Source: Felis catus (Eukaryota). From it: a stretch of 64,000 bases of DNA. This document shows positions 51,227-64,000 of the stretch, piece by piece (position 1 is the first letter of the stretch; each line of letters starts with the position of its first letter). The position numbers and the translations under genes were made by a program. The stretch is from contig NC_058368.1 of the NCBI RefSeq assembly GCF_018350175.1, forward strand, positions 133,488,001-133,552,000. Reading direction: 5' to 3'. The notes beneath the pieces were generated by a model. It was given only the letters and a program-made list of their open reading frames with translations, did not search any database and had not been told where the DNA came from.

Positions 51227-51619
51227 TGAATGAATATTTTTCTAGGCAGTGTGCAACCGAACAGTAATGGGAAAATAGGAACCCTGGTTGAAATATAAAT
51301 GAGAGACAAAATAGAGAGTTAATATGCACAGATATAAGCGTATAATCATGTACAAGTTCAGTAAGTTCTGTGTACTGGATGTGATGTATGGCTGAAAACA
51401 CAGATGAAGTCTAGTCCCAATTGACAGAGTTTACAGTGGAGAAGAGCAGGCTACGTATAGCAATAAATGAGACTCTCTACACATGCATCCACATAGGAAT
51501 AGGTAATATGATGGGGAAAGTGGAGGCCATTAGTGCCCTGGAGTATGGATTCGGTGCCTGTGATGGATGGATCAAGCATCCTGGCGGGGGACCTAAACCA
51601 CCACTAAACACAAATTGTG

Positions 51620-51770
51620 TATTCCACACTGTGCTGGGCACTTGATGTGTGTAATTTATTGACATCAGCACTAGAGGTATGAAACTAGAGCTCAGAGAGG
51701 AAAAGGAATGTATCCAGGGTTCTCTAGTTAATAAATGGGGAAACCAGGATACAAACCTTTTCCGACTGGT
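51620..51770 (-). mobile_element. MIR fragment
   Basis: actgtgctgggcact...gaaactagagctcagagagg. Confidence 0.55.
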
Positions 51771-52874
51771 TTCCCTCTCTATGCTCCTGAGTTTACTTGA
51801 TGAATGAATGAGAACTAGTTATCCCCAAAGTGCCCTGTGCTGGAGAGAATCTGGTCCAGTCTGGGGTTGATGTCAGGGAGGAGTGCCCTTGGCAGGAAGA
51901 GGTGTTCAGCCCTGGAAAGAAGAGGGGATAAGTCATTGTTTATCCCAAGACTTGTCTTTGTCAAATGCTAGTAGAGGCTCTCTGCTCATATACTCAGTTT
52001 GTCCTCCCAGCCACCCTGTGAGATTGGTGTCTCATCTCCATTTCACAGAACATGCACTGGGAACTAGGGGGCAGGAGATTAAGTCTGACCAAGGCATGCA
52101 GCTGCTACACGGTAATAGTCAGGCTTTGAATTTGGGATTTGAACCTTGTGACTGGAGCAAAATGGTAATGGACTTGAAGTCAACAATTTCTTGAGTTTAA
52201 ACATGGAACATATTTCCAGGATCCAGAGGGGGCAGTGAACATATTTAGGTGAAAAGAAATTTTGAAAAGAATTGGACAAACTGGGTTGGGAAGTCAGGGT
52301 ATGACGGGGAAGGAGGAGATGACTCCTACTCATTTGGTTGGTATTTTGAAGCGCGCACGATTCTGGTCCTCCTGGGAGGTTGTAGAAAGATGTGGAGGCA
52401 GATGGGGAAGAGGAAGGAGCAAGAGGAAGGGAGAGGGGGGAGCTTGACAAGTAGTTTAACAGCTGCTCCACATAGCCGCAAACTGACTCTGAGAAAAAAT
52501 GGTTCTATTTATTTGCCGTTTCCGTCCATATATCTTCTCAACAGCATTCATCAATATCTGTCATTTCCCAAGGGGTTTAGGCATGTCTAGCAATTCATTC
52601 TGCTGAATTATATTTCAATACGTGGATGGAGGGAGGCCAGATTGCAGATGTTAACTCTGACCTATGCCCAGTGTTGCCTAGACACAGCCAGCACCCATCT
52701 CCTGGGTGCCCCCATGCAGGCTGCCATTCCAAGCATCAGAATCTTGGCATCAGATTCTTTTGACCACGTTCTCATTAGAGTGGGCTGTATGTAATACTTG
52801 CTGAAAAATTAATTTTAAGTTGTCCTATTAGCCTTTGGTCTCTACAGCTGGAGCTTAGGGCGAAACTATTATGT

Positions 52875-53062
52875 ATTTATTTTGTTTTTTTAATGTTTGT
52901 TTATGTATTTTGGGAGAGAGGGAGTGCAAGCAGGGGAGAGGCGGAGAGAGAGAATGCACTCAGCGCAGAGCCCGAAGCCAGGTTTGAACTCACGAACCAC
53001 GAGATCATGATCTGGGCTGATACCAAGAGTCGGATGCTTAAGTGACTGAGCCACCCAGGCGT
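52875..53062 (-). mobile_element. CanSINE (internally deleted)
   Basis: gcagagcccgaagc...gaactcacgaaccacgagatcatga...gagccacccaggcg. Confidence 0.88.
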
Positions 53063-53438
53063 TGATAAGAATTTGAAATACAGATAATCATCATCTGAAT
53101 GGAGACATCTTGGTGGTCTAGGTGCAGTGAGGATTTGCTGACCAGGACTGGGTCTCACTGAAGAACAGGAGAGTTTGCTGGGCGTTGCTACACGCAGCGA
53201 TGTGAGTGGTTTTAACAGCAGGAACATTGCAGTTTTGCCAAGGTCTAGCTCATGTATTAGTTCACTTGATCCTAATATCTTCCCTTATTAGAGTTTGCAA
53301 GTGGTAATCACAGTGGATGAGAAGAAATATTTCTCCTTTAAGAGCAACTTAAAGGTAAAACAAAAGGAAGGAGAAAGGCCAAATATATTTCTCTGTAAGT
53401 ATGGATTTAAATTATTCCACTTAAAAATGTACTGTGTA

Positions 53439-53659
53439 GGGGAACCCGGGTGACTCTGTCGGTTGGGCGTCCAACTTCAGCTCAGGTCGTGATCTCGTGG
53501 TGCGTGGGTTCAAGCCCTGTGTTGGGCTCTGTGCTGACAGCTCAGAGCCTGGAGCCTGCTTTGGTTTCTGTGTCCCCTCCCCTGCTTGCGCTTTCTTTCT
53601 CTCTCTCTCCGTCTCTCTGTCTCTCTCAAAAAGGAATAAACATTAACAAAATTTAAAAA
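53439..53659 (+). mobile_element. CanSINE (Fc2-like)
   Basis: ctctgtgctgacagctcagagcctggagcctgct. Confidence 0.9.
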
Positions 53660-53708
53660 CATACTATGTGTTGGCATTTTCCCCCTCTATCATAAAGTGA
53701 TAAGGGTA

Positions 53709-53905
53709 AGGACGCCTGGGTGGTTCAGTTGGTGGAACGTCTGATTTCAGCTCAGGTCATGTTCTCATGGTTCTCGAGTTCGAGCCCCATATCAGACTCC
53801 GGGCTGACAGCTTGAAGCCTCGAGCCTGCTTCGGATTCTGTGTCTCCCTCTCTGTCTGCTCCTCCCCAGCTCTCTCTGTCTCTCTCAAAAATAAACATTA
53901 ACAAA
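53709..53905 (+). mobile_element. CanSINE (Fc2-like)
   Basis: gggacgcctgggtggttcag...cggattctgtgtctccc...aaaaataaac. Confidence 0.9.
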
Positions 53906-55249
53906 TATTTTATAGAATGGCAAGGGTGACTGTGATTGAGGGTGAAGAGAGCACCTTTGAGTCGTGTTACTGTATGGCTTACAACTAAAGTTACTTTTGA
54001 TTTAAAACTGCAGCTGCAGTTGATTGGCAATGGCAGCTAGAGATGGCTTGTCCAGAGGCTTTGATTTCTGTAGTGCAGACATGGGTGTTGTGTTATTTTT
54101 CCATAGTCCCTGGAGCTCTCATGGTATACAACTGGCCTTTAGTGACTCCCTGAAACATGTGTCATGTATCCAGTCTGGGCTTGGTAAACTGTTACCTTCT
54201 GCTACCTGCTCTTTCTTCCGGCAGATTTCCTTTTAAAGCATCCTCTTAACTTTCTCACCAGGCCCTTGTGGTTAGTAATGTTGCCCTGCCATATGTTAAA
54301 TATAGAATGCTGGTGAGGGAGGATATTCTACACAGTGAATTTGGGCATCTCCATTGGATTTGAGTCTTGGAGCAAAACCAAAGTTTAGCGATGGCTGCAT
54401 TGTGCTGTCATTTAGGTTCAGACTTGGATGTCCTTTTGGTGTCCTGTACTTTGACTGCCAGCCTCTCAGAAGACATGCATGGTCTCTCTATTGAGCATTC
54501 AGTTGCCTTGTCCATTGGAGATCCCTGTATAGTAGGTGGTGATGTCTTTAAGGACTTAGGGTCAAGGCTGTGCTTTGGACTTTTCTTGTGTGAATGAACA
54601 ACACTTTTTTTTTTTCTTCTAAGGCTAGAATAGTAGTTCAGTATAGGAGTCAGTGAACTTGACTCTCTGGTCACAGGTCTGTTGGTTTCTCAAATTATAT
54701 TTATTTGTGCCATTAAGAAGAATGATTTAGCAGCATTGTCGGTGATGTCTAGGTATAGTTATTCTTTTGCGGTGGGACAAGAAATTGGAAGTCAGTCACC
54801 CATGCTAGAGGGAAGATGGAAGGAACCATGTCTCTGTGTTGTAGTAGCAGTGAGCTGAAGATGAATAAAGGGAGGCTATAATTGCCTGTGAGTACGACAG
54901 TCGCTGTGATGAGGGAACCAATGTTTAGGAGTGAGCAGTGGAGCAGAGAAGAACGCCTTGATGATGATGGAGTATACTTGAGGACAGAGGCTGCTGACTC
55001 ATGCATTCTCCCGGATTCGGCCAGTGACTTCTCCTGACCTTTGACCTTTCTCCATTTCTAAAGTTGGGAGTGCTCTGGGAAAAACTCATTTCCTCTGACT
55101 TGCAAATGATTCCAAGGGGTTAAGTTATTTAAGTGTAATTTGCAAGAGCAGGTGCTGATGTGGTTTAATGGGGATACCTCCTGAACAGCAAAAAGGACCT
55201 TATTTTTTCTTGGGAAGGCGAATGGTTTCAGCCAAGTAAGTGAGGGTTG

Positions 55250-55250
<1 letters not shown>

Positions 55251-55285
<35 letters not shown>

Positions 55286-55289
55286 GTGT
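55251..55289. repeat. (TG)n microsatellite at an L1 tail
   Basis: Directly visible. Confidence 0.9.
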
Positions 55290-55815
55290 AAATATACATT
55301 ATAAAATTTACCATTTTAACCATTTTTAAGCGGTCAGCGGTGTTAAGTACATTCACAATGTTGTGCAACTGTCCCTGCCATCCATGTCCAGAACTTTGTC
55401 CTCTTCCCGAACTGAAACTCTGTACCCATTAGTTAGTCTCCATTACCTCTCTCCCCAGCCTCCAGTATCCATGGTTATACTTTCTGTCTCAATGAAATTG
55501 ACCATTCCAGGAACCTCATAGAAGTGGAATCATACGATATTTGTCCCTTTGTGCCTGACTGATTTCATTTAGCATGTCATCAAGGTCCACCCATGTGTAG
55601 CATGTGTCAGAAATTCCTTCCTTTTTAAGGCTGAATCTTATTCTATTGTACGTATATAGTGCAATGTTCTGTTTACGTGTTCGTCTTTCAGTGGATGTTT
55701 GGGTTGTTTCCATCTTTTGGCTATTGTGAATAATCCGACTATGAACTTGGTATACACATATCTGTTCAAGTCCCTGCTTTTAGTTCTTTTCTGTGTATAC
55801 CCAGAGGTGGAATTA
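55290..55815 (-). mobile_element. L1MA/MB-type 3' end
   Basis: ataaaatttaccattttaaccatttttaag...ttaagtacattcacaatgttgtgcaac...gtggaatcatac...tttggctattgtgaataat...cccagaggtggaatt. Confidence 0.85.
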
Positions 55816-57981
55816 AGCAAGGGGAGTTTTAGTAGGAGATGGGGAGGGTAACATTTTGGGATGTCCTCTCCTGCTGAAGTGGTGCATGTGAACTTCAGGG
55901 AGCCTTCCTGGAGAGCTTCAGTAGATGCTCAGGTCAGCAGCAGGATGGTAGCCCACATGGAAAGATAAAGAATGAAAGAGCTGAATGTGTGGCCCCGTCT
56001 GCCTGCTCCTGGCACCAGCATGGTGGTCACCTACCCTTGTTCTTTTTGTCCCCAGCTCCTTCACCTCCGGATCGCCACCCCCATTCTCCTTCCCTCCCTC
56101 TCATGGCTCCCCCCACGTCACCAAAACCCTTGAGAGCCACACAGCTGCTGCCTCAGCTTCCTTTTGTTCCTGGTTGGTGCCTTAGAGGGATAAACAAACT
56201 TTTTCAGAGTTTTATGTATAACTGAGCACCGGAAGCCATATCTAAAGACTGCTTTGTTAGTAGTTACTAGCTCTTATTTTCCCTTTGATGGCTTGTTTGT
56301 AGTCCAAGAGAAATAACCCAAAATGTAAGACTGTGGACTGACGGCTAAATCTATGTTGCACTTCAGGTGATAAGGAACTTTTTTACTGGAAGCTTTTAAA
56401 TCTAGTCAGGTACCATTATTCCCTGATGATAAAGTAGTTCTCCAGAGGCTATATTTAATTCTTTATATAGCCATTCTGCTAAAATTATTGCTGACCTGGT
56501 ATTTTCCTACTTCAGAGGGATACTTGAAGCTTTGGGGTGCTTTGCAAGCATGTATTTCATGTTTGAAAGCATGTGTTTATGGAAGTCTTCTTGTTTCTTG
56601 GGATTCAGGGTGGAAACAAAGGAAAACACTCTCCAGTAAAGAGACCGTATGTAGCCTAGATAGAACCGAGGTACATTCTGGGTGTAGGCTTGGTAATCTA
56701 CTTATTATCTCAAAAGACTGCACATCTTCCACTGTGTTAAGTAGAGACCCAGTGACCAGAACAATAACAATAACAATAACCAATGTAAAAACCTCATTCA
56801 AGTAACTCATACCTCTGTGGGTGAAGCCTGACAAGTGCTTACATTGTTCTGGCCAATTGATCTCAGCTTTATTATGGACCTCTATTTATTGCCTCTAAAT
56901 TTCTAGTTATGTCAGTAGAATATATGTAATAAATGTTATAATAAACATACCAGAATTTTTAAAATGTGTTTCCAAAGAGCACAGGGCCAATCACAGTTCC
57001 AGTTGTAACAAGCAAGCTCGGTTTGGTATTAAAATCAAGCAGCCAGATTGGTAGGCAAGCTCACCTCTCATACAAGAAATTAGGAATGGTATTATCCATT
57101 AATTTCCACCCTGCGCAGCTGAATAATGCAGCTGACAGATGCTAATTTTCTTAAATTGTAGGCAGCAAATGAAGCATGAATACAACAGCAACACACTTTT
57201 TAGAGGCTCTTGGTAGTCATCAAAAAGCGAATTTATATAAAGTTTGATGTAGCCACTACCAAGTATGGCATGATGTTAGTGCCTTCTAATGACTGTCTTA
57301 AATCCATCTGTTGTCCTCTTTTCCCTATTAACGCTAATGGGGGTCTAGGCAGGAATAAAAACCTCCCATGTGCTGTGCTAACAGACCGTTCAATTTATAA
57401 CATTCGTGTGATTCCTAAGGATAACACTCATGCAGGAATAATGACATCTAAAATTTAACCAGTGACAGGATTATAAATATTTTATTTTATATGTGTATAA
57501 GTGTTTCCTAATTTAATTATTTTTTTCCAGTGGCTTAATACAAGTTTATTTCTTGCCCACCTTATAATCTGCTGTGTCTTGGGTAGCTTTTCGTGTTTCT
57601 TATTTTTGAGGCTGATATTATTAAATGGCCATTATATAATGTTTTTTCTTTTCAGATTTTAGCATCACCCCGTAAGTGATTTTACAGCTGAGGAAACTGA
57701 GGCTTCGAGAAGTTCATGATTAAGTGATGGAATTGCTTTTGGGGGTCAGAGTTGGCACTCAGTAATCTGACCATAGAATCAACCACAACTAGAGTAATTT
57801 TTACCATTATTGGAAAAATTTATTGTTTTATGTCCTATTGGATTTGAAGATTGTATGAGATTAATACGTGGACTAAATTGAAAAATTTAGTTCAAACTGA
57901 ATTCAAAAACTGATGAGTTACTGCACATCAAAATGTCTCCTTTGGGTTTGGGTCTGTTGATGTAATAAAAAGATCGAAGCC

Positions 57982-58507
57982 TGACAGTCTCTCCTTGACC
58001 AAAGTCTAGCCAGGCTCCTCTGAGCCCTCCTTCTCATCTAGGCTTCAACCTTAACCAATAAAGACATGAACAGACAGTAGCACAGGTTGAAGGTCAAGGT
58101 GATATCCTTAGGATGACCCTAGTCCTCTTAAAGTGCCTGCCGGAGAAAACTCAAGACTGTCAAAATTTTTGTTTGTTTGTTTGTTTGGGCTAACAGATAG
58201 GGTCTCTGTCTCTCAGCCTGCGTGGGAGGATAGAATCTGAATTTTCAATATTTGCCAGCTGGCAGACAGAGTTGGCCTGATCGCAGTTACACTGACTAAC
58301 CCTTTGTAATTTTTCACTTCCCTCACTCGACTGAGCCCCTGTTGGCTCCCTGCCCCACTCCTTAATTCTTCTCTGAAAACACTCAGTTATTGTGTTCAAA
58401 TGGAAGGTGAGTTCAGTTCACTCTGGGCTCTTTTTCCTGTTGAGTAGTTACTACTGATTAAAATCTGTCCTTACCACTTGAACATCACGCCTTGTTTTTC
58501 TTTGACA
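57982..58507 (+). mobile_element. ERV1 solo LTR, MER34-like
   Basis: Starts tgacagtctctccttgaccaaa...aggctcctctgagccctc, has attaaa near the end, ends tttctttgaca; flanks agcc/aggc. Confidence 0.75.
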
Positions 58508-59257
58508 AGGCACGCATCTGGCCTTGCTACCTACATGAGACTGACATATGGTACGGTAGCGTAAAAAATGTACGTGGTAGTGGTAGACAAAGTGACTTAC
58601 GAGGATGGGAGCACACGGGGGTCCCGTTAGCAGTGGTCTCTGCTTGCTTTCAAGTGCCCTTTGAGATCTAACGAAATTGAAGGGTTTGGAGCACGCTTCC
58701 GAGTCTGTGGAGGGAAGGGAGGCGGTTCCGCTTGCCTGTGCCCCTCCCACCTGAAGCGTGCCTGGGTTCACCTAGCAGGGATCCTAGCGTGTGAATTTCC
58801 TACATTGAGGATTTATTCAAGAACTTTCCCTGCTTCCGTTCTGTTCACCCAATGGCACAAAGGGAAACTTTGCCGGTCACAGCTGCCATGACTTTCATAC
58901 TGGGACCCTGTATGTGTCCTCATGGTTCCTTTTGGCTCTTTGCTTCCCCACCCAGACCCACCAGAGATTTCCTATCGTCAGCAGAGCCTCCCTGATGTGG
59001 CCCCAGCAGGGGAAGGAATGTACTCCTGGCTACTTGGCCATATTAGATTAGGGAGCACATATTTTGATAGGAATCATTAAAAGCAATGTTATATATCGTG
59101 TTCAGAAATTAATAGAGAATAATTTACCAGAACACCTATACCAGCCAGCGTTAGCTTAACTTAATATTTGCCACATTCTTCAGCTGTATTAACAAAATTA
59201 AATATTAAATTTATTAAAACCACAAGTGAAAACTTAATTCTTTAAACTTTTAAGTTC

Positions 59258-59482
59258 GGGGCGCCTGGGTGGCGCAGTCGGTTAAGCGTCCGACTTCAGC
59301 CAGGTCACGATCTCGCGGTCCGGGAGTTCGAGCCCCGCGTCAGGCTCTGGGCTGATGGCTCAGAGCCTGGAGCCTGTTTCCGATTCTGTGTCTCCCTCTC
59401 TCGCTGCCCCTCCCCCGTTCATGCTCTGTCTCTCTCTGTCCCAAAAATAAATAAAAAAAAAACCAAAAAACCAAAAAAAAAA
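59258..59482 (+). mobile_element. Very young SINEC_Fc
   Basis: Near-consensus with CpGs intact, long A tail, TSD cttttaagttc. Confidence 0.96.
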
Positions 59483-60109
59483 CCTTTTAAGTTCAACTCA
59501 TGACCCCATTATCACCTGCGTATGATTTTTAAAGCAATAAAAATATTAGAGCATACTCCTCCCTGGACCCATTCCCCATTTTCCCTGCCAGAGATTACTA
59601 CAATTCCAAATTGGCTATTTATCCTTTCCACAAAGAGATACTCTTCTTGATTTTAATATTATTAAATATATTTTTTTTTTTTTTTTGCAGTCTAAGAACA
59701 CATTGCCCTGTTTTGTTGCTAGGGTGGTGGGAGATGATGTTGATGGAATTAACAAAGTTCTCATGGTAATCTGAATAGTGATAGTAGTATATTGACTATT
59801 TCCAATGCCCCAGGTTGAGTGCATTCAATGTATTATCTCATTTAATCCAGTCTGCTACCATTTCTCATCTTTTCCGAAAAGGGGGCTGGCTGTGTGCCCT
59901 CTCTGGGTGTTATAGTTCAGATAATATTCCCTAGTACACCATAGGGTTGTTAAGATGTTGGAAGTGCCTGGCATACAGTAAGGCCTCAATGGATTTTTAG
60001 CTATTATGCTATGCTGCGAATGAAATTAAAGAAAACGATTTGTTTAGTTTTATTCTTTCTGTTCACACTTGATCAAGCATGGGTCAAATAGTGTAGTTTG
60101 GCTGAATTT

Positions 60110-60220
60110 CAGGCAACAAACATTTATTGAGCACTTACTAAGTGCCAGGCACTGTGCCTGGTAGTGAGGATATAGAAATAAATACATACTTTTTTCTTCT
60201 CTAGGGTTATAGGGAGATAG
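60110..60220 (-). mobile_element. L2 3' end
   Basis: caacaaacatttattgagcacttactaagtgccaggcactgtgc. Confidence 0.75.
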
Positions 60221-61452
60221 TCTAACAATTATTTCCTAAAAGAAAAAAAAAAAGGACTGATTTATAAAATTTTTCAGTGAACTGAAATGTTTGCATTGTA
60301 AGTTTTTCTATTGCTAATTAAGTTCTTCAACTGTTTTCATATCTACCCTTAGTTTATTTTTGTGTTTTTTTTTTTTTTTAAATGAAGCACCTGGGACAGA
60401 ACTGTGGTGAGGCCATAGTAGGTTTTCTCCATCATGTAAACCTGGACATAATGTAGCTTCTATACCTCCTACCAGGATTCTTTTCTGAAATATGAACAAA
60501 GAAAATATAAAAACAAATATAGGAAGAGAAATAGAAGGGATTGGAAGAAAAAATCCATGGGTTCTGATTACTGGAGGTTGGTACATTATTAACAAATGAT
60601 GTCTTTCAAATAGAGTTATTTCTCTTAAATCATTTATTCATGTAATACTGATCTTAATATTCTTAAATGTAGTCTCTGGTTTTATTATCCTTCTTTATTA
60701 ATGTCCTGCCTTTGGGTCTAAAGGGGACAGGTTGCCCAAAGCCCCTCATACTTCAGCTTTTAGTTCATGTTTTAAAATAAGACTAGGAAAAAAAATAAAA
60801 AATCTGGACTTTAAATCTGTGGTCTATCTTGTCTGAAAATGTACCTGAATGTTTTTGAGGTGGTGACCAGAATCACAGAGGGTAATTATGTTTGAATTTT
60901 CAGTGGTAGAGTTTGTGCTTCAATTAATGGGTGTTTGCCATATTTATTTGTTTGGAAAAGTTCATAATCTCTTATGTGGGGACAAAAATCAGTATGATCC
61001 CCTTTTTGCAAGAAAATACAGGTTGCAGAAAGAAAGCCTGGCAGAAAATCACTGAAATGTTGATAGTGGTTTTCCCTGGTGCGATTTTAGGTGACTTTTT
61101 TCCTTTATATTTACGTTATCTATTTGTGAGTGAAAAGAAACCAAATCCACGTGAAAATGACACTTACCATTTTTACTACTGTTTGGACTATATAGCTAAC
61201 TTTTACTGAGCGCTTTAGTTAAAAAATTCTTTGATGCCCTCAACAATAGTCAACCACATTCTCTCCATTTTAGAGACAGAAAAACCAAGGCCAGGAGAGG
61301 TTGACTAACGTCTTCCCTGTTGTCACTGAGGCAAGATTGGTATCTCAGAAGCAGACCTCATTTTCTGTAGGGTGTGCTTTCACTATATAATGGTGCAAAA
61401 GAGAAATTTTGGCAAAGTAAGTGTTTCCTTTGCCATTAAGATACACATTTCT

Positions 61453-61658
61453 GGGGCGCCTGGGTGGCTCAGCTGGTTGGGCATCCAGCTTGGGCTCAGG
61501 TCATGATCTCACAGTTTGAGTTCGAGCCCTGCATCGGGCTCTGTGCTGGCAGCTCAGAGCCTGGAGCCTGCTTCAGATTCTGTGTCGCTCTCCCTCTCTG
61601 CTCCTCCCCTGCTTGCAGTCTATTTCTCTCTCCAAAATAAATAGCATTAAAAAAAAAA
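61453..61658 (+). mobile_element. CanSINE (Fc2-like)
   Basis: Perfect TSD aagatacacatttct at 61438-61452 and 61659-61673. Confidence 0.94.
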
Positions 61659-62244
61659 AAGATACACATTTCTGAGAGTACTTGAATTCAAGAGTTAGAC
61701 CTCTTAGCATGGACAGTGATGGCAGCTGCAGCTCACTACTGTACTTGGATAGTGCTGGTAGTTACCATGCACACTGCTAGTAAATCACTTTATATTGCAA
61801 CACTTATTAACCAGTGGGGTAGGCTTGTGGGGTGCATGCCTGAGTAAGAGAGTGAGGCTCTACTACAAGGAACAAATCTGCCGGGGAAAATCCACATGTT
61901 GCCTCGGCTGCAGGGCCATCAGCCACATGTGATGCATTCTTCCATGTATCTGAGAGGTATGTGGCTGGAATGCCGATCCTCCCCTCCCCAGTCCTTGGAT
62001 GAGGTTCTCCACGTTGCCTGCCATCCTTTCTTTGTGCCTGTTTGTTGTTTGAGAAAGATGTGCCCATTTGTTCTTTTATCATTCTGTGGATATTTCACGA
62101 GCACCTACTATGGCCAGTCGTTGTTCATGTATTAGGGTGAAACGGATAAAAATCAATCATGGTTTCTCTTTTTAACTGAGCTCCATTGCTGTGTGAATAT
62201 TCACATCCATCCTAACTTCCTAAAGTCAAGAAGCCTTATTTCTT

Positions 62245-62449
62245 GGGGCACCTGGGTGGCTCAGTTGGTTAAGTGTCTGACTCTTGGTTTTAGCTCAGGT
62301 CATGATCTCACAGCTTCATGGGTTTGAGCCCCATATTGGGCTCTGTGCTGGCAGCCCAGAGACTGCTTGGAATTCTCTCTCTCCCTTCTTTCACTCATGC
62401 TGTCTCTGTCTCTCTCAAAATAAATAAATAAATGCTAAAAAAAAAAAAA
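62245..62449 (+). mobile_element. CanSINE (Fc3-like)
   Basis: TSD aagaag(c/t)cttatttctt. Confidence 0.92.
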
Positions 62450-63184
62450 AAGAAGTCTTATTTCTTGGGTGTTGATAACTAGTCCAGTCCTTGTGGTGAA
62501 GAAGTAAGGCAATGTAAATTTGTTCAACTGTTGGACTTTTAAAAGCATACCAATACATCAGAGTTCAAGGTTGATGTAAATTGCTCAGTGAACCTAGACT
62601 GACATTGATGTCCTGATTTATGCAGATGAATACCATGTGTGTCCTGTGGACATGGTTGGATGACCATCAGTTCTTCAGACAGAGGAGCTTTGAGAAAGAG
62701 GCACCAGCCCCATTTCATCTTGACAGAATTCCAACTCTTTGTTTTGTTGACCATGATCTCCATTTTGTTTACTCTTTTCTAGTTGATTTTGAGATCAGTT
62801 TTTCGTAGTAGATACTGAAAAAGTCCGTTTGAACGTGCTTATGTTTCCTTCTGTGATGCTGAGAATGTTTTATGGGTTTATATGCATCCTTGGCAAGTTT
62901 CTATGGAATGGGCAGAAGTAACAAGGGGTTTTATCCTGTGCTGGCCGAAAGGTACAGATGCTGGAGGGGAGGAGGTTTACTTGGGTTTATGTGGGAAATC
63001 AGGGTCACAACTTGCCCCTGGATCTCCTGACTTAATTAAAACAGCATTACCCTTGTTGCTGTTAATACATGTAAGGAGTGTGACAGAGCAGTTTAGAAGG
63101 ATGGCCAAGAAGGGACTTGCCCTTGACACAGAATTACTGATGTTTTGCCTGCCGCTTACACTGTCTTCTGTTTCACCCCCACAG

Positions 63185-63309
63185 GGCGGTACCTGCTTCC
63201 AAACCCCGTGGCAGGGCAGGCCTGGGCCACCTCGGCGGAGACGTCCAACCTCGTGCGCATGCGCAGCCAGGCCTTGGGCCAGTCTGCGCCCTCGCTCACC
63301 GCCAGCCTG
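63185..63309 (+). CDS. MAST4: MAST4 internal coding exon (likely exon 3), 125 nt, phase 1 to phase 0
   Basis: Acceptor ctgtcttctgtttcacccccacag| and donor CTG|gtgagt. Completes the split Gly codon (G+GG) of the previous exon and encodes RYLLPNPVAGQAWATSAETSNLVRMRSQALGQSAPSLTASL; LGQSAPSLT is a MAST-family motif. 154+125=279 nt, in frame. Branch-like TACTGAT at 63135-63141. Confidence 0.93.
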
Positions 63310-63574
63310 GTGAGTGTCCTCTGCCTCTTTATGCAGAGCATCGGGTGATACCGTCTCTCCACCTCCCTGGGGACTATTTTAAGTTTATTGACTTTAACTA
63401 GGTTTGAACTTACAACCACATTTAACGTTAAGCACAGATTTGGCAATGTGCAATATTTTGCTCTGAGTGTGCTAATTTTTTCCAAGGCTTGTCTCCATCC
63501 CTCTCGCCTAATCTGTACCGTTTGTTTCTACTCGACTGTCTCCTCTCTTCCTTCAAAAGAAATGAAAATATTTG

Positions 63575-64000
63575 TGAGATTTTTGTCTTAAATACCTTAT
63601 TTGAAAATAATTCCAAACTTACTAAAAGTTGCAAGAATATGAAAAATCAGTAGAACATGGTGGGTCTTTACCTTGATTCAGCTATTAATCTCTTGCCAAA
63701 TTTGCTTTATCATGTGCTTTTTCTCTTTCCTTGTATATATGTCGATGTAGATATATACCTATGTGTGTATATGCATATATATGTCCACACACTCAGATAA
63801 TTTTTTGAACTGTTTGGGAGTAAACTGTTTGTATTATGGCCATTTGTTATCACAGTTACGAACAGTGGCAAATTTATGGCTGCCATAAGCCTTTTATGTA
63901 TGTTCCATTCTGTATTTCAGTTTAATCAATTGGCACGATAATGTCCTGTGTGGCATTTTTCTTCAGCCTCCAGTTTAAGATTCAGTCTGGGGTCATATAT
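63575..64000 (-). mobile_element. Old L1MC-type 3' region
   Basis: ttatttgaaaataattccaaacttactaaaagttgcaagaata...ttgccaaatttgctttatc...ataatgtcc. Confidence 0.65.

Larger units (their letters stand above)
34824..63184 (+). other. MAST4: GT-AG intron of MAST4 (28,361 nt)
   Basis: Starts gtgagt, ends cag; exon phases are compatible on both sides. Confidence 0.88.

Noticed and set aside
62882..63485. 143-aa and 109-aa ORFs overlapping the second exon
   Set aside because: Alternative-frame and antisense shadows of the GC-rich MAST4 exon.

Overview
Eukaryotic (mammalian) DNA, not prokaryotic. The felid-type CanSINEs (SINEC_Fc families) point to cat or a related felid. The window lies inside the MAST4 gene (+ strand) and contains two short internal coding exons: 34670-34823 (154 nt) and 63185-63309 (125 nt). 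These splice in frame to LDHILSPPPMPFRKCS...GGALT-G-RYLLPNPVAGQAW...SAPSLTASL, probably exons 2 and 3 of the long isoform. The rest is intron, filled with about 30 CanSINEs, L1/L2/MIR fragments, MaLR and ERV1 solo LTRs, hAT MER elements and microsatellites. Nearly all listed ORFs are spurious. I found no convincing novel multi-gene system. The most interesting unexplained features are: a diverged ~110-bp x4 tandem array with an internal hairpin (21.5-21.95 kb); a closely spaced inverted pair of young SINEs; an 8-bp microsatellite built from AP-1 sites; a twin-primed L1 micro-insertion beside exon 2; a reused retrotransposon target site; and a probable templated insertion. Repeat family names come from recalled consensus sequences, not a database search, and boundaries of old repeats are approximate.
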